A stretch of 37,507 nucleotides of DNA from an uncultured Thermoanaerobacterales bacterium. Lineage in GTDB: Bacteria > Bacillota > Clostridia > Christensenellales > UBA1242. The notes beneath the pieces were generated by a model. The model was not told the origin of the DNA, searched no databases, and saw only the letters and a program-made list of their open reading frames with translations. Positions 1 through 15,000 of this stretch are shown here, in pieces (the first letter of the stretch is position 1; each line of letters begins with the position of its first letter). The stretch spans positions 1 through 37,507 of the forward strand of contig CATKXA010000002.1 of NCBI GenBank assembly GCA_949840475.1, in the 5' to 3' direction. The translations under genes were made by a program, and so were the position numbers.

Positions 1-3000
1 TAATAACAGTGCCAGCAGACCTTGCAATTACTGGCTTTATAACTCCAACAGCTAAGAACTTAAAAGTAAGAGCTGACGGAACTAGCGTAGTTGAATTTGA
101 GTATTTAAGAGATACTTATTATCTAAACTTCAGCACACAAATGGGTGTTGCAAGTTATGATGTTACTGCTATAACTGGTAATGTAGAAAAGGTAAGTGGT
201 GGCTTTAGAGTTGTTTATGGCTCTAAGGTAACATTATCTGCACAAAGCTCACGTGGTTTTGAAATTGCTGGCTTTGTAAGCACAGACTCTGGCAGTGAAG
301 TTATGCTAGATACAACTTTTGAAGTTGAAAGCACTTTAAATATTTTGGTTAAAACATCAGCGAACACTTACACAATCGTGTACAATCCTGGTATTGGTAA
401 CCAAAGCTCAGCAATCAGCAATCTAACTATTAGATATAATGAGCAAAAAGAATTGTCTAACGGACAAGGCTTTGAGTATAGAGGATATAAGTTCCTTGGT
501 TGGTCGTTTACTGAAAGAGGTAACTTAAGATACAAATCAGGAGCAAGTGTTCTTGGTTCAACAGTAGTAGCTGACGCATATAATGCTGGCGTTAGTGGTA
601 TTACTGAGGACTTTGACGACGCCGAGATTACTCTTTACGCAGTATGGAGCGTTAACTTCTATAACATTATTTATTCAAGCATCAATGCTCAAGATATTAT
701 TGAAAAGCATGAGTTCGGCACAACTCCAACATTGCAAGGCTCTGACCTATTTGCTCGTGCTGGGTATCATTATACAGAGTGGCAAGATGAGCTTGGCAAC
801 AAGTATGCTGTTGGTTCATTATTCACTATTGAGCAAAGCATTGTATTGACACCAGTTTGGGTGGCAAATACTTACATTGTTGAGTTCGACTCAAACAATG
901 GCTCTGGCGACAAGAATAGACAAGAGTTTACTTACGGACTTGCTGCAAGCCTTAACTTAAATGAGTTTGTTAGAGCTGGTTACACTTTTGGTGGCTGGAG
1001 CTTTAACGGCAAGACTTATAGAGATGGCGAAGAGGTTATAAACCTTGTTGGCGAGAACGGAGGCGTTGCAACTCTTACTGCTATTTGGATTGCAAAAACT
1101 AACATTAAATACTCTATAAACCACATGGTACAAAATGGTTCAAATGACCCTGTAGTTTATGCAAACTCTTCATTCACTCTACAAGTGACTGAGGAAATGA
1201 TTGGTGCTACTGGCACAATCTTGAATGCATTAGAAGTATCACAAATTTACAAAGACGGCATCGAGGGCTTTACTTATAGCCAAGAATATACTGCACGTTT
1301 TGGTAAAGTTACTGGCGAAGTATTGGCTGACGGCAGTGAAGTATTGTCATTATACTATACAAGAAATATTTATACTATTTCCTTTGTCGCTGAAGGTACA
1401 GAGCTTTCAAGCCTAAGTTACTACTATGGGGCAGAGCTTAGTGCTATTGAAAATACTATTTCTAAACCTGGTTATAGATTTGTTGGCTGGATAAACGGCG
1501 ACGACACTTATCAAGCGGGTCAAAGCTTTATTGTTAGGGGTGAGATGCAGTTTGTTGCTAAGTTTGTTGAAGCAAACTTTGTCATAACTTTCAACAACTA
1601 TGGCGGGCAAGGCGGAGTGAATAGAATTGAAGCTACTTATGGCGAAGCTATAAGCAACGTGGCTGTTCCAACGCTAAGCGGTTACAAATTCCTAGGTTAC
1701 TTCACAGAAGTCGTAGACGGCGAAATGATTTTTGACGGCGAAGGTACTCCAGTTAAACAAACTTGGGACTTTACTTCTAACACAACCTTGCACGCTGTTT
1801 ATGAAGCAAATACTTATACTATTAGCTTCAACACAAATGGTGGAACAAGCGTACAAGACGTAGAGGCTACTTTTGGCGAAGACCTAACAAGTGTTGCAGT
1901 TACAAGCAAAGAGGGCTATACCTTTGTTGGTTACTATCTAGGCGAAACTGAGTACTTTGATAACCAAGGTAATCCAACAGTTAGAAACGACAGCATCAAA
2001 TGGGACGTTGCAAATGACGTTACATTAGTTGCAAGATTTGTTGCTAATACATACACCGTTATTTATAACGCAAACGCAGCGGCTAGTGAAATTACTGGCA
2101 CAATGGAAAATTCAGAATTTACATATGATAAATCTGAAAGACTTTCAACAAACAAGTTTGTAAGAAAGGGTTATACTTTCCTTGGCTGGTCATTATCTAG
2201 TGACGGCGAGGTTGAATTTAGAAACGAGCAAAACGTTTCTACACTTTCAAGCGAACCTAACGGCGAGGTAACACTATATGCTGTTTGGGATGCAAACAAA
2301 TATACTGTAATCTTCAGTGCGAATGGCGATGATGATGTTAAGCTTGGCACAACAAGCATGCAAGTTATATTTGGTCAAAGCATAGATATTCCAACAGTAG
2401 CAACCAAAGTAGGTTACGACTTTAAGGGATACTTTACTGAGCCAAACGGCAAAGGCATTCAATACTTCAATGAAAAAGGTCAAGCTCTTCGTCCTTGGGA
2501 TATAGACGAAGACAATGTAACAATTTATGTATACTTTACTGGAAAACCAGTAGATTACACAATTATTACATACGTTCAAAGAATATACGACAAGACTGAC
2601 TATATGCGTCTTTCAGACAAAGTTATTCAATCTGTTCCTAATGAAACGATAACTGTTAAACCTGAGGCTATAAGTGGTTTTGTTACTCCTAGCGAGCAAG
2701 AAATCTTTATTAAAGCAGACGGCACAACTGTTGTTGTATTTAGATATGAAAGAAAGTCTATCAACTTAACTATAGCACATGACGAAAATGTGTCTGTTGA
2801 CTTTATTTGTGACGCTGCTGAAAATGTGGCTGACAATGTTTATGCTATATCATTTAAAGCAAACTTTGCACTAGTTGCAAATGTTGCAAGCGGATACAAA
2901 TTCGTTGGTTGGTTCAATGACGCTAACGAGCTTGTTTCAGAGGATAGATACTATCAAGGTCAAATGGGTGCGGACGCTCTTACACTTCATGCAAGAGTTG

Positions 3001-6000
3001 AAGCTGATGAAACAGCAGCAAGTGATTACAAGGTTGCTGTTGAAGAAAAATCATTCCTAGCTGACGGCAAGACTAGCCGTGACGGTGGTGTGGTTAGTTT
3101 CAAAGATTATGACGGCACTGTTGTAACACTAACTGATATTTCAGGCAGTGTTACTGTTAACGCAGTAGCAAACAAGGGCTACACTTTTGTTGGTTGGTAT
3201 AAAGACATTGCTTGCTCTGGTGCTCCTATCAGCGAGAGTGCAAGCTTTGAATACGATTTATCTGACTTAAGCGACGCAAACAATTACGTTACTCTATATG
3301 CTCGCTTTAACTCAAACAGCTATAGCGTTGAGTTTGTTACAAACGGCGGCATACTTGAAGGCAACGGCGGACTAGGCGTTACTTTCTACAGCGGTAAATA
3401 TTATCAAATTAATAGTTACGTAACAAGCATACTAAAAGAGGGTTATATCTTCGAGGGCTGGTTATGTGACGATGGAAATATTTATCAACTAGGCGATGAG
3501 TTTGTTATATTTGCAGATAGCAATAACGCTACAATTAAATTACAAGCTCAGTTTACCGCTGTTGAGTACAAAGTTGTACTTAACACAAGAATATCAGGCG
3601 AAAACAAAACAATAGTTGTAACCTTTGATATGGACGCAGTGATTGTTCCAGGCTCTGAACTTTATAGACTTGGTTACAGCTTGCTTGGTTGGTCTTTAAC
3701 TGCTGACGGCGTGCTTATTGAGAACTTTAAGGTGTCTGACACTTTAACTGGCAGACAATTTATCGAAGCTCTTGGCATTACTGATTTCTATACTCCAGCA
3801 ACAATCTCTATTTACGCTATTTGGGAGCAAATGACTATCAATATTGTTCTAAGCGGCAACAATGCTGATGCTTGGGACAACCTTGGTTCATACACTCTTG
3901 AAGGCGACACTGCTAGAGGAACTGGCAAGTTTGGTCAAACTTATAACCAACTACCAACAGTAAGCAAAACTGGTTATACTTTTGTTGGTTGGTACACAGC
4001 TGAAACTTCAGGTACACTTGTTGATGAAGACAGCATTATATCTATTGATAATAACGACCAAGACACTATCAACTTGTACGCTCGCTTTACAGCTAACAAG
4101 TATGATTTAACAATAGATGTACAAACAAAAGTCAATGGCGTAGTTGTGACTAATGTTGTTGGTGGCTCTGTAACAGGAGCGGGTAGCATTGACTTTGGTC
4201 AAACTGCTATCATGAATGCAACAGCTAATACTGGCTTTAGATTTACTGGCTGGTATCTTGGCGGCGTACTAGTTTCTACTAAAAATCCTCATTCTAGTGA
4301 AGCTATGGGCGTTGACGGCTTAGCTTACACAGCAGTATTTGAAGCTAATACTTATGACCTAGCTGTTAGAGTATTCACTCAAATTGGAACAAAACTTGTT
4401 CAAGACAATATTGGCGGTAGTGTTGCTTTTGATAACAAACTTGTATTTGGAACAACAGGTACGCTAACAGCCACAGCTAATTCAGGCTTTACATTTGTTG
4501 GATACTATGTAGGCGAGGACACTACTGGTCAACTTTATAGTGAAGATGCTATTGCAAACACTGAGACAATGACTATTAGTGGTCTAACTTACTCAGCACT
4601 ATTTAGAGCAAATGAATACAGCGTAACAGTTGTTGCGGGCGATAATGGTAATGCTATTATTGGAACTAGCGGAAACATGACAACAAACAAATACTTTGTT
4701 GTTGACCCAATTTCTCTAAACGCACAAAGAGTTACTGTTAAAGCCGAGGCAAACAAAGGTTACAGTTTTACTGGTTGGTACAGCGACAGTGAATATACAG
4801 CTTTAGTTTCTGACGCTAGTGAATACACCTTTGAAATGGGTGCGAGAAACGTAACACTTTATGCAAACTTTACTGTTAATAAATACAATTTAACACTTAA
4901 TATTCAAACACAATACGGCTTAGTTACTGAAGACAGTGACAATGGTGGTAGAGTAGCAAGCTCTATTACTAGTGGCGAAGTTGAGTTTGGAAAAGTTGCA
5001 ACAATCAATGCAACAGCTAACACTGGCTATACTTTTGTTGGTTGGTATAAGGGTGCAAACGTTCAAGATGGCGAAAAACTAGAAGACATTTCTGCTTCTA
5101 TTGAAACTGAAGCTATGGGCGTTGAGGGACTTACTTACACAGCATTATTTAAAGCAATAACAAAAGAAGCTACTATCTATACATACACAGTAACTGGTTC
5201 AAACGAGCCAATCAAGGCGTTTATGAACCTTGACATCAATAGTGACTACAGTTTAGTAAGCTCACACATTGAGTCTAGCTCATATACTATAAATATTCCA
5301 TACTCTAAGACTATCACAATGAAACCAGGCGTAAATACTGGCTTTACATTCATTGGTTGGTACAGGGGAGCAAGCATCAATGCAAGCAATCTTGTTGATT
5401 CTGTTCAAGAGGATAACACTTTAGTATCAGACGAACAAGGTTTAACTAGCCAAGTATATTCTGCATTATTTGAACGTAATGCTTATGAGATGAGCATAAG
5501 TTTAGCTGAGGGTGTAAACGAAATTACTTACACTATTGGCAACAATGCTTCTCAAACTATCAATAGTAATTCAGTAATCAATGTTTACTATGGCGAAGAA
5601 GTAACAATCATTGCAAAAACTAGTGCTGGTTACCATTTTGATAAGTACACTTCAAGTGTTGTTATCTCTGGTCTAAACACTTCAAGCACAGCAAGATTTA
5701 TTTACATGATTGATAGTGATGTTACTATCACTGCTAACGCAACAAAAGATATCTACGATGTTGCTATACATGCAACGCCTGCAAATGGCGGTATGGTAAG
5801 TGGTGGTGGCAATGTTGAATTTGGTTCAAACTTTACTATTACAGTAACACCAAATGCTGGCTATCATGTTGAAGGCTTCTATAAAGATTCTTCATTAACT
5901 GAAAGAGTTAACCCTATTAGCGGTCAAACTACTTTCTACATGGAAGCTCTTGCAAATGACGGCGATACATATAACCTATATGTACACTTCGTTAAAAACA

Positions 6001-9000
6001 CTTACAATTTAAGCACTGAAGTTTATACTGAAAACCAAGTAAGTGAGCTTGGTGGGAAAGTGACTGGCTCAAACGGCGAAATTGTTGACGGAACTAAGGT
6101 TTCTTTATCGGCTACTGCAAATGCCGGCTACCACTTCGTTGGTTTCTATACAAGCACTGAGTTCACAGATGCTGTTTCAAACGACTTGACATACAATTTC
6201 ATTCTTGACTACAGTTTAGGTCTTGAAAATGGCGACACTTACACTATATACGCTCTATTTGAGGCAAACACTTACAATATTAGGGTAGATGCAAACGGCG
6301 GTATTTCTAACGCGGGCACAATAACTACTGCTAAAAACCTTAAATTTACTGACAGCTATACAACTCTTCCACAATCGGCATTTACTAAGACTGGTTACAC
6401 ATTAATCGGTTTTGCTTTGACTATGGATGGCGAAAAAGCTTACGATTTGCACACAGTTTATGCTGTGAGCAAGCTTGCTACTGATGCAAACATGACAGGA
6501 AGTAGCTCAGAAACTCAAACTATCACTTTGTATGCTATATACAGTGCAAATAGCTATGACTTTAACGTTGAAGTGTTCACTGATGTTGGTGGCGTAATCA
6601 CACAGAATACTCTTGGTGGTAACGTTGACTTTGATGCACAAATTGCATTCAATGACACTACAACAATGACAGCAACAGTAAACAAAGGTTACACATTTGT
6701 TGGTTATTATCAAGACAGCAAGTTTGAAAGATTAATTAGTTCAAACTTAGTTGCTGAATCATTAGCTCTAACTAGCACTAATGGATTAACACACTATGCA
6801 TTGTTTAGAGCAAACACTTACAATATCAATATTTCTGTTGAACCTTCAATAGATTTACCATATGAAATAATTGATAATAGCGGTAAGTATACATTTACTT
6901 TTGATAAAGATACTTACACGTTCACTGCTAAAATACCTACATCTGTTAGCTTGTCACTAAGCGTAGCAGACTTACTAGATTACAAATTTGAGGGCTGGTA
7001 CCTTGAAAGCGAAAAACTAGAAGGCTCAGCGTCTGAGTTTACAACCCAAGAGATGACTGATGCGGGCTTAAACTATGTATTAAAATACACTGCTAAGTCA
7101 TACTCAATCGTTTATAATAATATTTTGAACATTATTGGTGCAAACGACGAGGTTACAAACATTAACGATGTTGTTAATGGCGAAACAATCACTTCTACGC
7201 TTACTAGCGAGCAACTTCTATATGCACTTGACTCTAATGTATTTAGTGACTTTGCTGCTAATAAACACTTGACACTTCTTGGCTTTAAGGTTGAGAGAAA
7301 TGCGTCAAACGTTTACTATTTGCCTAGTCAAGACAAACTTACTGCTGGCGAACTTGCAGATGCTGTAAATGTTAGAGGCGAGGACGGAGCTAAGATTAAC
7401 CTTTACGCTGTTTGGGGCTCAAAAGAAACAACTGTGAGCGTACAAGCTGTAACAGACGGAGATGCATCACTTGATGGTGGAAAAGTTGAAATTACTGAGA
7501 TTAATAACTCAGCAACTTCAGTTTCTACAAGCGTAACTCTTGCTATCTATACAATGAACGTTTCTACAAACACTGCAACTATCAATAACGTTACTGCAAA
7601 AGCAACAGTCAATGCTGGTTACATGTTTGAAGGCTTCAAAGCAGGGGGAACTTTACTTACAACAAGCACAACAGCTGTAATATATCTTGAAGCTAGAGAT
7701 GCTCAAAGAGTTGACGCTTCATTTGTACTAGAAAGCTATAACTTAGCTTTTGTTGCTAAAACATTTAAAGACAACGCAAGTGAAGATACTCTTGGAAATA
7801 TTGGCGGCGAAGTTGGTGCAAATACTTTAGGCAACCTAACTGGAGTATTTAACTACAATACAAGCATCAACCTTGTAACAAAAGTCAATGCTGGTTATCA
7901 CTTCGTTGGCTGGTTTACAGATAGTGCATGCACAGTATCTGCTGATGTTACTGAGGCAGGAGTATATGTTGTTCCTGACCTTGGAGCTCAAGGCTCAAGC
8001 CATACTCTATATGCAAGATTTGAGGCTGACTTAATTGAAGTTAAATTTGAAGCAGAGGGTGCAACATTCACTAACATTACTGGCTTTACTGCTTACTCAA
8101 AAGACGGCAAGGTTGTGGGCTACAAAAAGTCTTACTACTATAACTCTAACCTAGACAGCTCATTACCAGTGCCAGCTATTCATGGATATGAATTTGTTGG
8201 ATACTTTATTGGCGACACTATGGTTGAAGCTGGTAGCCAAGTTAAATTCACTGAGAACACTACACTTGTTGCTAAGTTTGTTATCAACGCATTCAATGTG
8301 AACCTTGTTAATAACTATGTTGGCATAAGCGGAAGCTTAACAACAGGCAATGAAGGTGGTAAGATTGAGATAACTGGTGGCGAAAGCATACTTGGTAAAT
8401 ACATTTTTGGCACTGATGTAACAATCACAGCAACAGCAAACACTGGATACAGCTTTGCTGGCTGGTACAGCGACAGCGAATGCAAACAAAGCATTTCAAG
8501 TAGCAATGAGCATACGTTCACAATGCCTTCAAACGATGTTACAATCTATGCTAAATTCACTGTTAATAGTTATGACTTAATTATCAATACAGTTTACCAA
8601 AATGCACTAAACGCAACTACTTTAAGTGAGCTAATGGCAGACACTAACGGCATAAGCGGAACAGTGACTGGTGCAGGTACTTATAAGTTCGGCGAAAAGG
8701 TTGCAATTAAAGCAACTGCTAACACTGCTAATGGTTATGTATTTGTTGGGCTTTATGAGGACATTGCGTGCACTAAAGAAGTAAGTCTAGACTTTACAAA
8801 AGGTGCAGGACAACAAACACTATATGCAAGGTTTGTTATAAGCCGTGTTAAAGTTGAAGTTAATAACGGATACAAGACTGCAACTAGTGCAAACACATTG
8901 AGCGAGGTTACCTTTGACCAAACTCATGGAAAAGCTTACTTTGATACATTGCTTTCAAGCGATAGCGTTATCAGTAATGATACAGTTACTAAGCAAACAA

Positions 9001-12000
9001 GCGGTTACATTTTATTTGGTCAATCAATCAGCATTAAAAACGAAGGTGCTACTGTTGAAAACGTACCTTATGTACTAAGTGGCATATTCACAAATGCAGA
9101 TTTATCGACTGCAACTACAAACGAAATAGCAGATGCTAAAGCAAACCAAACAAGGTATGCATTGTTTGTTCCTACTAGTCACAATATTTCGTTAGACACT
9201 TACTATATTGCAGCAAATGGTGCTAATACGTTAAGTGAAAAACAACCTGGCGAAATTGGCGGAACAGCATCAGCTCTTGCTAAATCATACCATGGTCAAG
9301 TTGTAACACTTACAGCTACTGCTAAAACTGGTTATCACTTTGTTGGCTGGTATACAAGCGAAGATACAATGGTAGATAATAGCGAAAGTTACAGCGTAAC
9401 AGCAACCGAAGCAATCAACTTATACGCATTGTTCTCACAAAATGAATACAATGTTAAATTGGTAAACAAATACCAAGCACCTGCAAGTAGTGTGGCTTTA
9501 GGCGAACTAACTGAGGGTAATGTTGCTGGCGAATTAACTGCAAACGTTAATTACAATGATGCTTTAGGTGTATACAATATTTACCATGGTCAAAAGCTAA
9601 CAATTTCGGTTACTGAAAATGCTAACTATACATTTATTGGACTATTCTATGACGCAGATTGCCAAAGATCTATATCAGCTAATCAAACAGAAGCTGGACT
9701 AGAGCTTACTATTACTTCAAATAGAGATATCTATGGTAAGTTTGTAGCTAAAAAATACAATTTGAATTTGGTAGCAATGGCATTCAATGCGACTTCTCCA
9801 AGCGAGTTGTCTAGCACACCTGAAATTGGTGGCGGAACAGTAACTGGAGCAGGCAGCTATTACTTTGGTCAAGACGTAAGCTTATCTGCAATAGCTAGCG
9901 TTGACACTAAAGGCGTAGCAATGTATGTATTTGACGGATATTACAGCGATATTTCATTCGAAGAAAGCTACAAGCTATCAGCAGACGCTAACTTCAGCTA
10001 TGAAATGGCAACAGAGGATACTACAATTTACGCTAAGTTTGTTCAAAAAGCTTATGACATAAATGCTATTATAATGTATCAAAAAGCCAACTCAAACAAC
10101 ACCTTATCAGGTCTTGTTATCGACGATAGTGGCGAGAGCGGAACTGTTTTAAACACTGGTAAAGTTTACTATGGAAGAACAGCTCAGCTTATTGGAGAAG
10201 CAAAAGAGGGTTACACTTTTGTTGGATTCTTCTCTGATAAAGATTGCTTAAATCAACTAACATCTTCTGATATTTTAGTTGATAATAACAAAACTGTATA
10301 TGCTAAGTTCATTCAAGCAGAATACACTCTAAGCATTGTAAACAAACATGTTTCTGCGGCGTCTGAAACAACTTTGGCAGAGCTTGCAACAGGTAATGTT
10401 GGTGGCTCAGCATCAGGAGCTGGAAATGTTTACTATGGAGCATCAATCAGCTTGAATGCAAAACCTGCAGCTGGTTATAAGTTTGTTGGTTACTATACAA
10501 ACAGCAACTGCACAGCTGAAAGCTTTGTATCTGACGATATCAACTTTGAAGCAAACGTTGAAAGCATATTCGGCGAGGTTCAAAGTGGACTTTCATATGT
10601 TCTATATGCTAAGTTTGAAATTACTGAGGTAACAATTACTCTAGACATTAGAACAAGAGATACCGCCTTAAGCGAAATCTCTACTGAAGCATTTGGCAAC
10701 GCTGTTGGTATTGACGCTGTTATCGACAACGATATTAAACAAGTTGTTGACGGCAAGATTGTTAAAGGTACAATCTACTATGGTCAAAGAGCTACTATCC
10801 GTGCATATGCAAATAATGGTTATGTATTTAGCAGCTGGTATCAAAATTCTGAATGTACTCAAATTATCAATGTATCTTCAGGCAGATACACAGCAACAAG
10901 CGACGTAACTTTATATGCATTGTTCACTAGAGCTACTTATGACGTTACAACAGTTTCAATGACACAAGAAGCTAATAGTATCAATACTTTGGCTCCTGCT
11001 GAACAGAGCATTGTTGGTGGTACTGTTGGAACAAGCGGCAACTTGGTTGCAACATTCACTGAAAATGTTTACCATGGTGCTGATTATCAAGTTAATGCGT
11101 TTGTTAAAGACGGATATATCTTTAAGGGTTGGTATGAAGATAGCAACTTTACAAAGAGAGTTGATACAAACGAAAGCTATACTTTAGAAAACATTTCTAA
11201 AAACACAACACTTTATGCTCTATTTGTAAGACAAGCATATAGTGTAACTCTTGCTGTTAGAGGTGTTGGTGCAATAGACGCTGTAACACTAGCCGAACTT
11301 GCTGATAACATTGGTGGCTCTGCAAGAATTATCTCTCCAACAGCGAGATATAACGACCAAGAGGGTAACCAAGGTTACTTCCCTGGGTTTAAGATAACAA
11401 TCAAAGCTACAGCTTTTGACGGCTACAACTTTGTCGGCTGGTTTACAGATAGTGAATGTGTAAACATTGCTTCAGTAACAGAAACATCAAATGCTGGCGA
11501 ATATACATATAGTGTTCCTAAAAATGGTGCAACGCTTTACGCTAAGTTCCAAATCAATGCTTACAATATTACTATTACTAATATGTATAAAGAAGCAACA
11601 GGAGCTAGCACTCTTGGCGATGTCAAGACTGGTAATGTCGGTGGTTCGTTAAATGCAAACATTACACTTGACCATACAAACGGAGTTTACTCTGCAAGCG
11701 TATACTACGGACAAGAAGTAACTATCACACTTAACGCAAACGCTGGTTACCGCTTTATGGGCTGGTATAACAACTCTGACCTTACTGGCGATAAAGACCA
11801 AACCAACCCACGAGCTATAACTATTAATAATGACACTGAGCTATATGTATACTTCGAGCCTGCTGAATATAAAGTTACAGCACACGAAGCTTACCAAAAC
11901 TCACTTACTGCGAACTCACTAAAAGCTGGCGTTGTTGGTGTTAATGGCGGAACAGTAAGCGGAGAAGGCAATGTTTATGCTGGTCTTGGACTAACATTAA

Positions 12001-15000
12001 CTGCTGATGCAAACGAAGGTTACACTTTTGTTGGCTGGTACACCGACTTAGAGTTCACAAGTATCATTAATAGCGACGTAACAAGTGATGCAACATTCAC
12101 TGTTAACGGCAACACTCTTGCAATCAATGGCATTAAAAACGATATCACTGTTTATGCTAGATTTATTCAATCTGCATACGACATCACTATTGTCAATAAA
12201 TACATTGGTGCAAATGCTGACGGCAGCGATTATGACAGCATAAAAACTGATGAAAACAATCTAGACATTGGCGGAACAGGCATTGTCAACACTTCTAAGT
12301 TTAGCTTAAACTATGGAACAGGCGTAGTTGAGGGATACTTTAGTGGCTATAGCATCAATCTCGAAGCTACTGCTGCAACAGGTTATAGCTTTACTGGTTG
12401 GTACGATACTAGCGATTGCGACAATGCTCCACTTTCTACAAGTGCAACATTCGCAATTACTAAGTCAAATAGTGATCAAACTATTTATGCATTATTTACT
12501 ATCAATAAATATACACTTTCAGTATCTGGTGTATATCAAAACGCAATTAGCAGTGTAGCCCTTGGCGACAAACGTCTAGGACTTAACGGCAACACAGTTA
12601 CTGGCGAGGGTCAAGTATTCTATGGCTTTGGCAAAGATGTAACTGCAGCCGCAGCTACTGATGCTAACGGAAATGCGAAATATGTATTTGCTGGTTGGTT
12701 CAATAGTAGTGAATGCACAGGAGCTCCTATAAGCACTGACGCTAACTACAGCTTGACAGCAATCACAGAGAATACTACTATCTATGCTCTATTTGTGGCT
12801 TCAAGATATGAAGTATCTATTACTAACAAATATGTATCATCTACGTCAGCAAGTACGCTTGGAACACTTGAACTAGGCGACAATGGCGGAACTGCTACAT
12901 TAACTACAGCTTTAGCAAGTGCTGATGCCGATAACTTTGAGGTATCAAGCAATGTATCTAGCGGTTATGTACTATACGGTTTTGCTCCAGAGTTTACAAA
13001 AACTCCTGCTAGCAAGTATGAGTTTGATAATTTCTATCAAGATGAACTTTGTCAAACAGCTTATGCACAAACAGGAGCAATCACTCACAATACTCACATC
13101 TATGCTAAGTTCGTTGAAGGCAAGTTTAAGTTTAACGTTAAGATTTACACTCAATCTTCAACTGGTGCAACAACACTAGGCGACAAAGTATTAAGTTCTC
13201 TTGGTGGAACTTACAGCTTAGGCGAGGTAAATGATTACTACGCTGGTTACGATATGTTAAAACTTGGTGCAGTTATAACTCCTGCTACTGGTTATGTGTT
13301 TGACGGCTACTACGATAGTGAAGAGTTTGATAACAAACTTACTGAGTACATTGTAAGCGACATTTCAAAAGAACATACAATTTACTTATTGTTTGTTCAA
13401 ACCACTTATGAGATTAGTTTATCAACTAACTCTAAGATTGCAACAAGTAGCACTGAGGCATCAATGAGTGAGCTTGGCAACACAACTGGGGGTACTATCT
13501 TAATCAATGGCAGTGTATTTGATAAGACTGGTAACATTGTTACAGATATTACTAACGTTCATGGTGAAACTTACAGTGTTTACTATGGTCAAAATGTTAG
13601 AGTAACTGCAGTTAGCAAAGAAGGCTTTACATTTGTTGGTTGGTACAAAACTTCTAACTTCGCTGAAGATGATTTCATCACTTCAAGCGAGTCAATGAGA
13701 AGAGATATCAACGACCCTACTGCTTATGCATTATTTGAAACAGCTAAATACACAGTAGAAACTGTTGCAAATTACCAAACTGCAACATCTCCAACAGAGC
13801 TTGGAAACATCACTGCTGGTACTAATGGTGGTACACTTTCTGGCGACGGCTCATACTATATTGGCTTTGACGTAACTATTACTTACCAAGCAAAAGACAA
13901 CTATACATTTGCTGGACTATATACTGATGCTGACTGCACAGCAGAAACAGAAGCAACAATTACTGGCACTGCAGGACAGTCAATCACTATCTATGGCTTA
14001 TTCCAAACTAGCACATATAGAGTGACATTGCTTGCACCAGATGCTACTAGCGATGCTGCTGCTTGGGAAAATGTTGAGGGCTTTGTTACTGAAGGTACAA
14101 GTGCACATATTGATTTATATATCTACAGCAGTGGCGAAGTTGCTCTTCCAACCCCAATCAAAGAAAACTATACATTTGACGGTTGGTATCTAGCTAATGA
14201 GTCTGGAGAGTTGACAGGGGAAGCAATAACAAATGCTGTTACTCTAAACCCTAACAATTCTACGCTTCATGCTAAGTTTATTCCTAACTTAAGCATAAAT
14301 GTTGTTGGCTTAACAAGAACAGCTCGTTCAATGTACTTAGATGTAATTGAAACTAAAGCGTTAGATAAAGCGACTGAAAAAGTTTATGTATCTAGCGAAG
14401 AGGACACTAACATAACTGCTAATGTTCCATACGGATACGATTTTGTTGGTTGGTATAGCTCAAGCGAAATCAATGATAACAACAAGATCTCTAGCGAGCC
14501 AACTATCACGATTGGCAACAATACTGTAGACGGAACCAACTTCTATGCTCTTTATAAACCACAATCTATTTGGGTTGCTCTTCAAAATTACGGACTAAGG
14601 AACAATGCTTATGTTCTAAGCACGGATGGTAGCACATTAGAAGATATTTGGATTGAAGGCGAACATTTTATGTCAGAAGTTCCAGAGCACATGCAATCAG
14701 AAATTTTATCTCAAGATGAAAGTGGTATGCTATTTAAAATGTTCTTTGATGCTGAATATACTGTACTAAATACATATGAGAATGGTTATATTGAATTCTA
14801 TGGTTATAGACTAAACACTAAAGCAACTCCAACCATTAAAGAAGGTTCAACTGACTTCGAGGTTGACGGACTAATTGAAGGAAGTAAGCAAATCACTAAA
14901 GTGTTCTTTAGTGAAGACGAAGTAATTGAGTCTATTCAAATGATCGATCGTGGTATAAAAACCACAGTGGTATTTGATGCTAATGGTGTTGAGGGTGTAG

